From: Candidatus Pacearchaeota archaeon
GTDB lineage: Archaea; Nanobdellota; Nanobdellia; Pacearchaeales; GW2011-AR1
Assembly: GCA_018303945.1 (NCBI GenBank)
Contig: JAGVXD010000019.1
Coordinates: forward strand, 2,975 to 66,974
Reading direction: 5' to 3'
Length of the DNA stretch: 64,000 nt
In this document: positions 40,204-49,997 of the stretch, piece after piece
Layout of the letters: each line of letters begins with the position of its first letter
Numbering within the stretch: the stretch's first letter is position 1
Made by a program: the position numbers and the translations under genes
The notes under the pieces: model-generated
Seen by the model: the letters and a program-made list of their open reading frames with translations, nothing else
Databases searched by the model: none
Told to the model about the DNA's origin: nothing

Positions 40204-40893
40204 GCCGTTTACTTGTGATTAAGCGTCCCTTTGGGGCAAGAGCGGGCTTCGAAAGACCCTCTTGTGCTTAGATTCGTTCTCAGCCGATTTCGAGCGTAAT
40301 TGCTGAAACTATGGAGAAGTAACAAGAGAAATGTTTAAATATTCCATAAATTATAAGACTATATGGCTGATAGATTAAAGGTATATGCAATTTATGGGAA
40401 AGGACAAACTAATGAGGCCTCAAAGTCACTTTGTGATTATAGTGTAGGGCATACTGAAGAAGAGGCAGTTGAAAATGCTATAAACTTAAATCCTCGTTTG
40501 AGATTATTACACGATCTAAATGCTACTCAGATTGCCGTTAGAGGATTTAGAATTTCAGCCGAATCATTAGAGCAAGAAGCCAGAAATAATTTTCATGCGG
40601 CAGTTCATCGTGGTCGTGGCACTTGGTACTAATTTTATTTGTTTCAGCAATTTCGTTTAAGCAAGCGATTGTGCGTTAACGAAGTTCGCACCCAGCGGTT
40701 AAGCGGAGCAAGAAATAACAAGGCTGAGAATTGCAACCGAAAGGGAAAGATTTTACGGGCAATAGTTTATTTATTATTATGTAAAATCAGGAGGGAGTGG
40801 GGAAACTCAAAGCATATTAGGGGATAGCAACCCGAATAAAACGAAGTGGAACGAGGGCAAAGAAGAAGTTTGGTTAATCCTACGTTTTAACCG
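40204..40893. mobile_element. fold-back cassette scaffold, copy 3
   Basis: 93-nt block 40644-40736 is identical to 37505-37597; 5' flanks nearly identical. Confidence 0.7.
40363..40632 (+). CDS. cassette-borne hypothetical protein
   Basis: 89 aa ORF with its own TTTAAATA box. Confidence 0.7.
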   Translation: MADRLKVYAIYGKGQTNEASKSLCDYSVGHTEEEAVENAINLNPRLRLLHDLNATQIAVRGFRISAESLEQEARNNFHAAVHRGRGTWY

Positions 40894-40937
40894 AACATTG
40901 TTTGAGCCATACTTTAATCTTAAGGTAAGATGGAATA

Positions 40938-41270
40938 TCAGTCGGAAAGCTTGAGAATAGATTCCGCTATATCTCCATCAGTTTCTTCCAAGGCCTTTTT
41001 AGCCGCTTCCTTGCTCTTTCCTGTTTTTTCAGAAACCATGACTATATCCTCTTCGGATATGCCTGTTTCCGCTGTTTCCTCTCTTGTTGTTCCTGTCACC
41101 TGCCAGCTGTCCTGCCCTTGCATAGTTATCTTCTGGACATTTGCTGGCTCAATTACTATTCTCTTCTCTCTGCCTTCAATTATGACTCTCTCCACTTCAA
41201 CCTCTTCCTGCTTGATTCCCATCTGCTTCATCATAGCCTTCATTTGCCCAGGATTAATGCCTCCAAACAT
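40938..41270 (-). CDS. nac: nascent polypeptide-associated complex protein
   Basis: MKQMGI...VII..., C-terminal UBA (ALEETDGDIAESIL). Confidence 0.92.
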   Translation of the reverse strand: MFGGINPGQMKAMMKQMGIKQEEVEVERVIIEGREKRIVIEPANVQKITMQGQDSWQVTGTTREETAETGISEEDIVMVSEKTGKSKEAAKKALEETDGDIAESILKLSD

Positions 41271-41314
41271 ACCGAAGAAAAAGAAGGAGGGTTTAAAGAA
41301 GTTTCTATATTTTA

Positions 41315-41482
41315 TCAAGCAGTAGGCCAGAATATTCTAAGAGCAAAAACAAAAAGAGCCACTAAGACAAGAAAAATTATAACCTGCACCGGAGAAATCA
41401 TGAACCTGCTTTTGTACTCATCATCATATCTGACTAACCCTCCAAAAACTCCCGGCATCTGTATTTTGTTGTCGCTTGCCAT
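41315..41482 (-). CDS. secG: preprotein translocase Sec61beta subunit (55 aa, not in ORF track)
   Basis: MPGVFGGLVRYDDE...ISP followed by one TM helix. Confidence 0.88.
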   Translation of the reverse strand: MASDNKIQMPGVFGGLVRYDDEYKSRFMISPVQVIIFLVLVALFVFALRIFWPTA

Positions 41483-41582
41483 AGTTCATAAAGAGAGTGG
41501 AGATATAAAAATCTATCGTACCTCTATTAAATAACCTGTATTATGCATAAGAATTTAAAAGGTGCAAAATACGTCGATTTGT

Positions 41583-43124
41583 ATGGAAGAGGTTGGAGAA
41601 GAATGTGGTATCTGTGCAGTATATTTGAAAAACCCTCACGAAAGTTCTTCTCTCGTCCCAGACATACTTGTAAAATCATTATCAATTCTCCAGCCTCGCG
41701 GTCAGAAAAGCGCCGGAATTGCTGTATACAACCCTCGCTTACCCTTGGAAGATAAAAGAAAAACTATTAACAGATATATTGGGTTGGGAAGAGTAAACGA
41801 AGTATTTAGAGTGAGGGACGAAAGAGAATATTGTAAATTGTGCGAAGACTTAAAAGGAATAGCCGGGATAGCCCATAATCGCTACGCCACTTCGGGAAAA
41901 AGAAACACTGACTTGATTAATCTTGCAGAAACTCAACCATTTATTAAAGAGCACCCTCGCTCTTGGAAAAGGTTTGCGATGGCTTTTAACGGAAACTTAG
42001 CCAATTACGATTCTCTTTGTGAAGTAATGGAATATTCAGGATACGATTTAGAGACTAATGTAGATACAGAAATATTAGTTAACCTCTGGGCCTTGGCTCT
42101 AAGAGAAAACTCCTTGCACAAAGATGATAAATTGCCTCAAAAGCCCTCACTATTTGATGTAAGCAAAAAAATCATGGATAAAGCTGATGGAGCCTATAAT
42201 ATTCTTACCCTATCAGGCGATGGCTCGCTTGTAATAATGAGAGACAAGCACGGCATTAGACCTCTTGTTTATGGAGAAAATGAAGAATATTATATTGCTG
42301 CTTCAGAAAGTATAGTTCTTGAGAAAATGGGTATAAAAGAATACCGCGATGTTCTGCCAGGCGAAGTTATAATATGTACTTCAAAAGGAGCAGAAAATAG
42401 AAGAATAATTGAAGAACAAAAAAGATTTTGCCATTTTGAGCTTGTATATTTCGCAAGACAATATTCTACCATGGAGGGTGTAAAAGTAAAGGAATGTAGG
42501 GAGAATTTAGGAAGAGAATTGGCTATGATAGAGCCCCTCAAGGATAAACTGGATTCAGACTTCGTTGTCGTGCCTGCTCCAAAAACAGCAATTACTGCAG
42601 CTAAATCATATGCTCATGAACTAAATCTTCCTATAAAAGACGCTCTTGAGAAGGGTGATGAGAGAGGATTCATAAATGGACTATCTGAAAGAACAAGGAT
42701 AATGGGCGAATATTTAGTCTATGAGTCAGATGTAAGAAATAAGAAAATAATTCTTGTAGATGACAGCATAGTAAGAGGAGAAACTTCAAAGGTATTGATT
42801 AAAATACTTAGGAATAATGGTGCTTTAGAAATTCATCTGCGTTCGACAGAACCGGCAATCTTAAATCCTTGTTTTTATGGAATAGATTTCCCTGATAAAA
42901 AAGAATTAATAGCGGCACGATTAAAAAATAAATTTCCGGATTCGCAATTAGAGGAAATTCTCGCCAAAGAGATTGGAGCAGACTCTATAGTCTTTCAGAC
43001 TCTAAATGGATTAATAAGAGCAACCAAAATGCCTGAAAAAGAACTCTGTCTTGCCTGTCTTAATGGAGATTATCCTACCCAAGCAGGAAAATTGCTCTAT
43101 GAGAAGCAGATAAATTGTGCCTAA
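41583..43124 (+). CDS. purF: amidophosphoribosyltransferase
   Basis: EECGI, HNRYATSG, NGN, VDDSIVRGET, CLAC. Confidence 0.9.
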   Translation: MEEVGEECGICAVYLKNPHESSSLVPDILVKSLSILQPRGQKSAGIAVYNPRLPLEDKRKTINRYIGLGRVNEVFRVRDEREYCKLCEDLKGIAGIAHNRYATSGKRNTDLINLAETQPFIKEHPRSWKRFAMAFNGNLANYDSLCEVMEYSGYDLETNVDTEILVNLWALALRENSLHKDDKLPQKPSLFDVSKKIMDKADGAYNILTLSGDGSLVIMRDKHGIRPLVYGENEEYYIAASESIVLEKMGIKEYRDVLPGEVIICTSKGAENRRIIEEQKRFCHFELVYFARQYSTMEGVKVKECRENLGRELAMIEPLKDKLDSDFVVVPAPKTAITAAKSYAHELNLPIKDALEKGDERGFINGLSERTRIMGEYLVYESDVRNKKIILVDDSIVRGETSKVLIKILRNNGALEIHLRSTEPAILNPCFYGIDFPDKKELIAARLKNKFPDSQLEEILAKEIGADSIVFQTLNGLIRATKMPEKELCLACLNGDYPTQAGKLLYEKQINCA

Positions 43125-43126
43125 AT

Positions 43127-43738
43127 CTATCGTATTTCACTGATGCTTTCTAAAATTGAGCTCTTCTGCTTTCTGCTGATATATGTCTTCCCAAACCTGA
43201 CTAAATAAGGATTGATTATGTTCCAATATTTTCTAGGAAACAATTTTCTTAATTCCATTTCAATTTTATATGGATTATTGCTCTTAACCCACCTAAGTTT
43301 TTGAGAAATATAAGAAACATGCGTATCTACTCCTATCGCATCATGCTCGTGTTCTGCCAAAAAAACATTGGCTGTTTTTCTTCCTACTCCTGGCAATGAG
43401 ATAAGCAAATCAATATCGTGAGGCACTATCCCATTAAAACTATCTCTAAGGTTTTTTGAGCAATTAATTATGTTTTTAGACTTATTCCTGTAAAAATTAA
43501 CAGGTCTTATAATTTGAGAAACCTCTTCCAATTTAGCGCCTGCAAGCTCATTAAGCGCCTTATATCTGCTAAAGAGCTTCTTGCATACCTCTATTGTAAC
43601 CTCATCCCTGGTCCTGGCAGACAAAATGATAGCTGTGAGTGTTTGCCATTGGCTATCCCAACCTTCAGCCGCCAAACGCATATTTCGCCCGTATTTTCCA
43701 ATTTCTATTAATTGTCTTATTGCTATTTTCTTATCCAT
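43127..43738 (-). CDS. nth: endonuclease III-like HhH-GPD glycosylase
   Basis: LPGVGRKTANV, GVDTHV; no C-terminal FeS cysteines. Confidence 0.9.
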   Translation of the reverse strand: MDKKIAIRQLIEIGKYGRNMRLAAEGWDSQWQTLTAIILSARTRDEVTIEVCKKLFSRYKALNELAGAKLEEVSQIIRPVNFYRNKSKNIINCSKNLRDSFNGIVPHDIDLLISLPGVGRKTANVFLAEHEHDAIGVDTHVSYISQKLRWVKSNNPYKIEMELRKLFPRKYWNIINPYLVRFGKTYISRKQKSSILESISEIR

Positions 43739-43853
43739 TATAAATAGGGCATCATCTCCGCAAAAACCCTTGAAGACATATACTTCAAAATCTTAACTTT
43801 CATATAATTCCTATAACCGCCAGCTTTTTAACCTCTTTGTTCCTAGCAAAATC

Positions 43854-46241
43854 ATGGCAATTAAATATCCTAAAATAAAAGAAATAAAAAACTGGTCTCC
43901 GGAAATAGAAAATAGCATAACTTCGCAATGGAAGAAAAATGAAGAATGGAATTTTAACCTGAAAACACGCAAGCCAATATATTCTATTGACACTCCTCCC
44001 CCATATATCAATTCTCCAATTCACATGGGTCATGCTGTGACATACTGTTTTATGGATATGTTTGCCCGTTATCAGCGCATGAAGGGTGCAGAAGTCATCT
44101 TTCCGCTTGGATTGGATAGAAATGGTCTTCCAATTGAAATGAGTGTAGAAAAAAGATATAATATCTCTGCCTTTTCAGTAGGAAGAGAAAAATTTATAGA
44201 ATATTGTGAGAAATTGCTTGCTGAAACTTCCCTGGAATCTACTAATTCATTCTCAAAGCTGGGCATCTCGTTCACTTCTTATAAACCTGGAGATCACATC
44301 GGGGCACTTTACATGACTGATGCTCCGGAATATCGCTCTCTTACTCAATCAACTTTTATAGAATTATATAAGAAAGGCATGATATATGAAGACAAAAGGA
44401 TAAATAACTGGGACACAAAACTTCAGACAACGGTCGCGGATGCAGAAATTGACTATAAAGATATGCCTTCTGTATTCAACTATATAAAATGGAAAGTTAA
44501 AGAGACGGGAGAAGAGATAATAATTGCAACAACGCGGCCAGAATTAATATGTACGTGTGGGATGATAATATATAATCCGGAAGACGGGCGCTACAAGCAT
44601 CTTGAAGGAAAGACAGCAATATCTCCCGTGTTTGGGAAAGAAATACCTATTTCAGAACATCCCTTAGCAAAAATAGAAAAGGGAACTGGTTTGGTCATGA
44701 TGTGTTCAGCAGGAGACCTGTCAGATATTCAATTTTTCAGAGAAATGAATCTCGTCCCCACAATAGCAATAAACAAAGAAGGACGCATGAACGAGCACGC
44801 CGGTTTGCTTAACAATCTTAAAATAAAAGAAGCTAGGCAAAAGATAATGGAAGAGCTGAAAAAAGAAGGTCTTCTTGCAAAGCAGGAAAACATAATCCAC
44901 AGCACTCCGGTTTCAGAGCGTTCAGGAGCAGAGATAGAATTTATTGAAATGCCTGAATATTACTTAAAACAGTTAGATTTTATTGACTCAATAAAAGATA
45001 TAGCTAATGAAATTAAATTTTATCCTCCTGAATCACGTAAGATTTTAGATTCTTGGATTGATAATATATCAATAGACTGGCCAATTTCACGCCGTAGATT
45101 TTACGCAACTGCGGTTCCTCTTTGGTACAATGAAGAAGGATATGTTGCAGTCCCTCTTCCAGGAGAATATTATCAGCCCTGGAAGGAAAAAGTACCTGAA
45201 AACGCAGAAATATTCAGGAATGGAAAATTAGTCGGCACTTTAAAGCAGAAAGAATTCAAAGCCAAAAAATGGGTTGGAGATGAACGTGTGCTTGATACAT
45301 GGTTCGATTCATCAATATCAGAGCTTTTTATATTGAAATATAAAAAAGATGGCTTGTTTTTCAAAAAAGCATATCCTGCAACTCTTCGTCCGCAAGGCAA
45401 AGAAATTGTGCGTACATGGCTGTACTATACAATTCTAAGAGGATATCTCGAAACAAATAAAGCGTGCTTTAAGGATGTCTGGATTCATCAGCATATTCTT
45501 GACGAAAAAGGCAGAAAGATGTCAAAATCTCTAGGCAATATTATAGACCCGCAGCAAATCCTTGAAGAATATGGTGCAGAAGCAATGCGCATCTGGGCGG
45601 CAACTGAAGGAGATTTATCAAGACAGGATTTCGCATGTTCAAAAGATAAGATTCGCGCGGAGCTGAAAACAATTAACAAACTTGTAAACATGACTAGATT
45701 CATAACACAGTTCAGGAAACCCAGAAAGAAGCCAAAGCTAACTCATATGGATTCAATTTTCATTGAGTTGGTAGAGAAAATTACTTCAGAAACCGATAAG
45801 TCTTATTCTGTATATGACTTCAATCATCCTTCGCAGGAACTTCGCGCTTTCCTGTGGGAGACCTTTGCTTCTCACTATATTGAAATTGTAAAAAGCAGAG
45901 TATATAATGCAGAAAGTAGATTCACTCCTGAAGAAAGCGAATCAGGAAAATACACCCTTTACTATCTTTTAGAGAGATTAATTCAATTACTCTACCCTAT
46001 AATCCCTCAAATAACTTCATCAATTGCGTCAGAATTGAAAATAAATATAGAAAAATTTCCTAAAGCTGGAAAATTTTCAGATAGCAATTTAGTTGATAAG
46101 ATTATGGAGCTTAACAGCAGAGTATGGAAAAGTAAGAAAGAACTGGGAATATCTCTGAGAGAGCCTATTTCCGGAATAGAAATTCCTCCTGAATTGCAAA
46201 AATTTGAGAAAGATATTCGAGCTTGCCATAATCTGCAGTAA
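43854..46241 (+). CDS. valS: valyl-tRNA synthetase
   Basis: DTPPPY, HMGH, ATTRPE, DWPISR, KMSKS. Confidence 0.95.
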   Translation: MAIKYPKIKEIKNWSPEIENSITSQWKKNEEWNFNLKTRKPIYSIDTPPPYINSPIHMGHAVTYCFMDMFARYQRMKGAEVIFPLGLDRNGLPIEMSVEKRYNISAFSVGREKFIEYCEKLLAETSLESTNSFSKLGISFTSYKPGDHIGALYMTDAPEYRSLTQSTFIELYKKGMIYEDKRINNWDTKLQTTVADAEIDYKDMPSVFNYIKWKVKETGEEIIIATTRPELICTCGMIIYNPEDGRYKHLEGKTAISPVFGKEIPISEHPLAKIEKGTGLVMMCSAGDLSDIQFFREMNLVPTIAINKEGRMNEHAGLLNNLKIKEARQKIMEELKKEGLLAKQENIIHSTPVSERSGAEIEFIEMPEYYLKQLDFIDSIKDIANEIKFYPPESRKILDSWIDNISIDWPISRRRFYATAVPLWYNEEGYVAVPLPGEYYQPWKEKVPENAEIFRNGKLVGTLKQKEFKAKKWVGDERVLDTWFDSSISELFILKYKKDGLFFKKAYPATLRPQGKEIVRTWLYYTILRGYLETNKACFKDVWIHQHILDEKGRKMSKSLGNIIDPQQILEEYGAEAMRIWAATEGDLSRQDFACSKDKIRAELKTINKLVNMTRFITQFRKPRKKPKLTHMDSIFIELVEKITSETDKSYSVYDFNHPSQELRAFLWETFASHYIEIVKSRVYNAESRFTPEESESGKYTLYYLLERLIQLLYPIIPQITSSIASELKINIEKFPKAGKFSDSNLVDKIMELNSRVWKSKKELGISLREPISGIEIPPELQKFEKDIRACHNLQ

Positions 46242-46312
46242 TCATTCTAACAAAGCACTAAGACCCTCATCTTTGCTTAAACCATAAACGAAAGAGAAAG
46301 AAATTGAAACTT

Positions 46313-46359
46313 CTTGTCAAGAACCAACCACTAAAGTAGGTGGCGTGTTTGGTTCTTGA
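46313..46359. repeat. REP/IS200-605-like palindromic repeat, copy 1
   Basis: TCAAGAACC...GGTTCTTGA enclosing a CTAAAG hairpin; second copy at 49511. Confidence 0.7.
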
Positions 46360-46522
46360 TGTATCAAAAAATTTCAATAAATTAACACGGAAATTTTTGG
46401 ATGCTCATAAATCAATTAGAATAAAGAGATTTCTAACATAACAAAGGTTAAGGAGTTCGTTTCACTCAACACCAATTTTTCCGTTATTTATATTAAAAAG
46501 AGAGATGAAAAATTATCCCAAA

Positions 46523-46620
46523 CTATCTTTTTTTGTATATTATATCTTGATGGTCAAAATCATCAAAGTTTATTGTATCTGTTGTTTTATCATATTGAAA
46601 AACAAGAACAAAATGCCCCC
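46523..46620 (-). pseudogene. RelE-like toxin C-terminal remnant
   Basis: GHFVLVFQYDK...FDDFDHQDIIY; 5' part replaced by unrelated hairpin-rich DNA. Confidence 0.55.
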
Positions 46621-46931
46621 TAACGAAAAAACGGCGCGTGCCCCAAAACTCTAATTTTACTCTGCTTAGCAGTTTTTGATATTTTTTAACTCTCAGAAAA
46701 ATCTTCGGCATTTTTGCTTCGCAAAACCGATTGCATCTATGTCTCGTCATTCCAAGTATTCACGAGAGTTGAACAGGCATTAACAGGCTCACTGCGTTGC
46801 ACTTTTTCGACCCAAATCTCTCACTTACTTTATAATTTAAATTTTGGTGAGCGACTTCTATAAATGTATCATGTTATACACAATTTGAGAGCGCTCGCAA
46901 GAACGGAGTGCCTGCACGATATAAGAAGATT

Positions 46932-47285
46932 TTATCTAAACTCCCAACCAATTATATCATTAAGAACATCTCTAACTTTTCTTTTCTCACCTAATGTTAG
47001 ATTATATGGTTTTAACCTTTCTTTTAAACCCTTCCCTGTTTTAAAGGTTACTCCAAAGGGTTTCGATGCTCGGATAACTATAAGGTCATCAATTTCATGT
47101 TGCTCATATGTTTCAATCTCTCCATCTGGAGAATAAAAGGCACACATCCTTACTATTCTTTCCTGCTGATGCCATTCACCTTCATTACTGAATGCTACTT
47201 CTTCATAACCTTCTTGAATTTTTCTTTGGAAAATTTCTCTTGCAGCATATAATGAATAAGGTCTAATTTCTTTTTGTTTTCCCAT
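46932..47285 (-). CDS. hypothetical protein
   Basis: 117 aa ORF with TTTATAAA box. Confidence 0.65.
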   Translation of the reverse strand: MGKQKEIRPYSLYAAREIFQRKIQEGYEEVAFSNEGEWHQQERIVRMCAFYSPDGEIETYEQHEIDDLIVIRASKPFGVTFKTGKGLKERLKPYNLTLGEKRKVRDVLNDIIGWEFR

Positions 47286-47531
47286 AATGTAAATGCATAA
47301 TTAGCAGTTTATAAATATTTATATAATGACAAATAAAATAACGAGCTTTATAGTAGGACATGTCTATGTTCCAAATCCTAGACCAGACCATCCAACATCC
47401 TATAAACACACTGTTGGTGAATTAGCAAAGATGTATATTAAGCTTGATGGGGTTTCCCCCTCCCAGTCGCATATATAGCTTATTGAGAAATATTTTAAAT
47501 GTTAAGGCATAGATATTAATTTATAATCTTT

Positions 47532-48299
47532 TTAGATATAATTTAATTTTATGAATTTGTCTATTTCCTTCCAAAACGCATTTATTAAATGTTCATTTAG
47601 CCCGTGTCCTAAATAATGCTCTATATAAGTGGCTTTGTTAAGATTCGTCAGCATCTCTTTAGTATGTCTAAAAGCAACAACTTTATCATTTGGATCATGT
47701 AAAACTAAAACTGGAAAGTCAATAAGTCCATGTATATAATTTACAGGATTTATGTCTTTAAATTTCATAGCGCGATTTCTAAGATTGTCAAAAGAGAGTC
47801 TGTAACAATTTTTATAGGCTCTTTTAACAAAAGAAGTGAGATGTTCTAAATCCTGTTCATCTCCGTTTTCATTATGTTTTGCAAAATCCCATACTGGAGA
47901 TGCGAGAATTAAGTGGCTAAAACCAGGTTCTTTTGCGACCAGTCCTGAAGCTACAGCTCCTCCAAAACTGCTTGCAACTAAGATAATCTTATTTATCTTG
48001 AAATTATGCTTTTTCATATCCCATAAGCTTTTGGCACTCCCTTTCCGCAGGTTTCTTGTAAACATTGTTAAATCATCTACCGGACTTTTTGATAGAAATG
48101 TACCTGAACTCTGATAGCTCCCCCTATATCTAGGCACAAATACATGATATCCTCTTTCAAAAAAGACTTCTATAATTTCATTGTAATCATTCCTTCCGGG
48201 AAAACCTGGCAGTATAATAACGACATCAGCATTCCTATCCTGTAATACGAACTCAAAAAATATACCACCATAATATGCCTTTAGCACTGGCTTTTTCAT
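47532..48299 (-). CDS. alpha/beta hydrolase
   Basis: LPGFPG, ASSFGG nucleophile elbow, D and GH. Confidence 0.85.
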   Translation of the reverse strand: MKKPVLKAYYGGIFFEFVLQDRNADVVIILPGFPGRNDYNEIIEVFFERGYHVFVPRYRGSYQSSGTFLSKSPVDDLTMFTRNLRKGSAKSLWDMKKHNFKINKIILVASSFGGAVASGLVAKEPGFSHLILASPVWDFAKHNENGDEQDLEHLTSFVKRAYKNCYRLSFDNLRNRAMKFKDINPVNYIHGLIDFPVLVLHDPNDKVVAFRHTKEMLTNLNKATYIEHYLGHGLNEHLINAFWKEIDKFIKLNYI

Positions 48300-48376
48300 C
48301 CTTAAAACAAGAGTCTCCTGTATAAAAATCTTTCAACCACCCTCACCTTTATTAACTATCATTTTATTATTTTTGT

Positions 48377-49501
48377 ATGGCTTCAGAAACATACATTCCG
48401 ATAACATTGAACGACAAGCAAAAACAACAGCTTCAAGAGCTAGTCAACTTACTTGGGAGTATAAAGGGAAGCCATACTGAACTAGTCACTGTACTTATTC
48501 CTTCTGGCACTAATATACATCAAGTTTCAAGTCAGCTTGCTGCAGAAGCAGGAACTGCAGAGAATATAAAATCAAAGCAGACAAGAACAGCAGTTGTAAC
48601 GGCATTAGAGACAATTATCAGGAAGATAAAAGAATATAAACAGACTCCTCTGAACGGTCTTGCTATTTATTGTGGAAATGTTTCGGAGCGTGAAGGAGGT
48701 CAGGATATTAAATTATGGGCATATGAGCCTCCAAAACCCCTGCGTGTAAGAATGTATCGCTGTGACAAAACATTCGTCATTGAACCGCTTAAAGAAATGC
48801 TGGAAGTCACAGAAATATATGGTTTGCTGGTTATGGACCGCCGTGAAGCAACAATTGGAGTTCTTGAAGGAAAGCAAATCAAAGTAATTCGTGTGCTCAC
48901 ATCCGGAGTTCCAGGAAAAATAAAGGCTGGAGGACAATCAGCAGCGCGATTTGAACGCCTCACTGAAAGTCTTGCTAAAGAGTTTTTCAAGCGGGTGGCT
49001 ATTGCAATGAAAGAAATATTCTTTGACATGCCTAAATTAAAAGGGATAATTGTAGGCGGTCCAATACCTACAAAAGAAGAGTTCTTAGAATACGGCGAAT
49101 TAGTTACAAAACTAAAAGAGAAAGTGATTGCGGTGAAAGATATCGGCTACACTGATGAACACGGTTTAAAACTTCTTGTAGAATCTTCAGAAGAGGAAAT
49201 ATCACAGCAGGAGTTCATTAAAGAAAAAGAAATAATACAGAAATTTTTCGAGACCGTGGGAAAACACAGGGAGAAAGCAGTGTATGGAATAGAAAAAACT
49301 CGTCTGGCCCTTGAGCGTGGAGCAGTTGAAACTCTGCTTATTTCTAAAGACTTTCCCAGAGAGCAAGCTGAAGAATTAGAATCTGAAGCAGAGCGTATCG
49401 GCTCTGAAGTCTTTATAATATCAAACGAGAATCAGGAAGGAGAGCAATTCTTCAACATGACGAAGGGAGTTGGAGCCATTCTTAGATTTCAAATTGAGTG
49501 A
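48377..49501 (+). CDS. prf1: peptide chain release factor aRF1
   Basis: NIKS, YRCD and GGQS motifs. Confidence 0.97.
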   Translation: MASETYIPITLNDKQKQQLQELVNLLGSIKGSHTELVTVLIPSGTNIHQVSSQLAAEAGTAENIKSKQTRTAVVTALETIIRKIKEYKQTPLNGLAIYCGNVSEREGGQDIKLWAYEPPKPLRVRMYRCDKTFVIEPLKEMLEVTEIYGLLVMDRREATIGVLEGKQIKVIRVLTSGVPGKIKAGGQSAARFERLTESLAKEFFKRVAIAMKEIFFDMPKLKGIIVGGPIPTKEEFLEYGELVTKLKEKVIAVKDIGYTDEHGLKLLVESSEEEISQQEFIKEKEIIQKFFETVGKHREKAVYGIEKTRLALERGAVETLLISKDFPREQAEELESEAERIGSEVFIISNENQEGEQFFNMTKGVGAILRFQIE

Positions 49502-49510
49502 AATAAATGA

Positions 49511-49558
49511 CTTGTCAAGAACCACCCACTAAAATAGGTAGCGTGTTTGGTTCTTGAC
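49511..49558. repeat. REP/IS200-605-like palindromic repeat, copy 2
   Basis: GTCAAGAACC...GGTTCTTGAC; close match to 46313-46359. Confidence 0.7.
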
Positions 49559-49629
49559 TGACTTCAAAAATGCGAAGATGAGCATTTTTGAAGTCTTCGT
49601 TTCCCGATATAAAAGAATTGCGAATTACC

Positions 49630-49935
49630 TTAGTCACCAATAAGAACTAACCGACCAGACTCGTCGGCGTAAGTCAGATCATAACCGCCGGCACAGATGT
49701 CTAGGACCCCGTTGAGACAAAGTCCCGAGATGTCTACATTATAATTCAAAATCGTTCTTTCTCCGATTGGATTAAGTATTGGTCCTCCAACAGCAGGCTC
49801 AATTCCTGAAAGAAGAACTACAATAGGACATTGCAATTTGGTAAGTTCTGGATTCATCCTCTTTATTTGCTCAAGAATATAACTTGTCCGTTCTGTTTCA
49901 TAACGAATTACAATGCCTAAATCTACATAACAATC
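49630..49935 (-). pseudogene. remnant of a DGR-target-like gene (same family as copies A and B)
   Basis: YVDLGIVIR...SGLCLNGVLDICAGGYDLTYADESGRLVL aligns with the A/B C-termini; upstream stops. Confidence 0.6.
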
Positions 49936-49997
49936 TTAGCCAAAACATTCTTATAGCGTGGCATAAACCATATAAAGCTTAAAAGCCCCATTTACAC

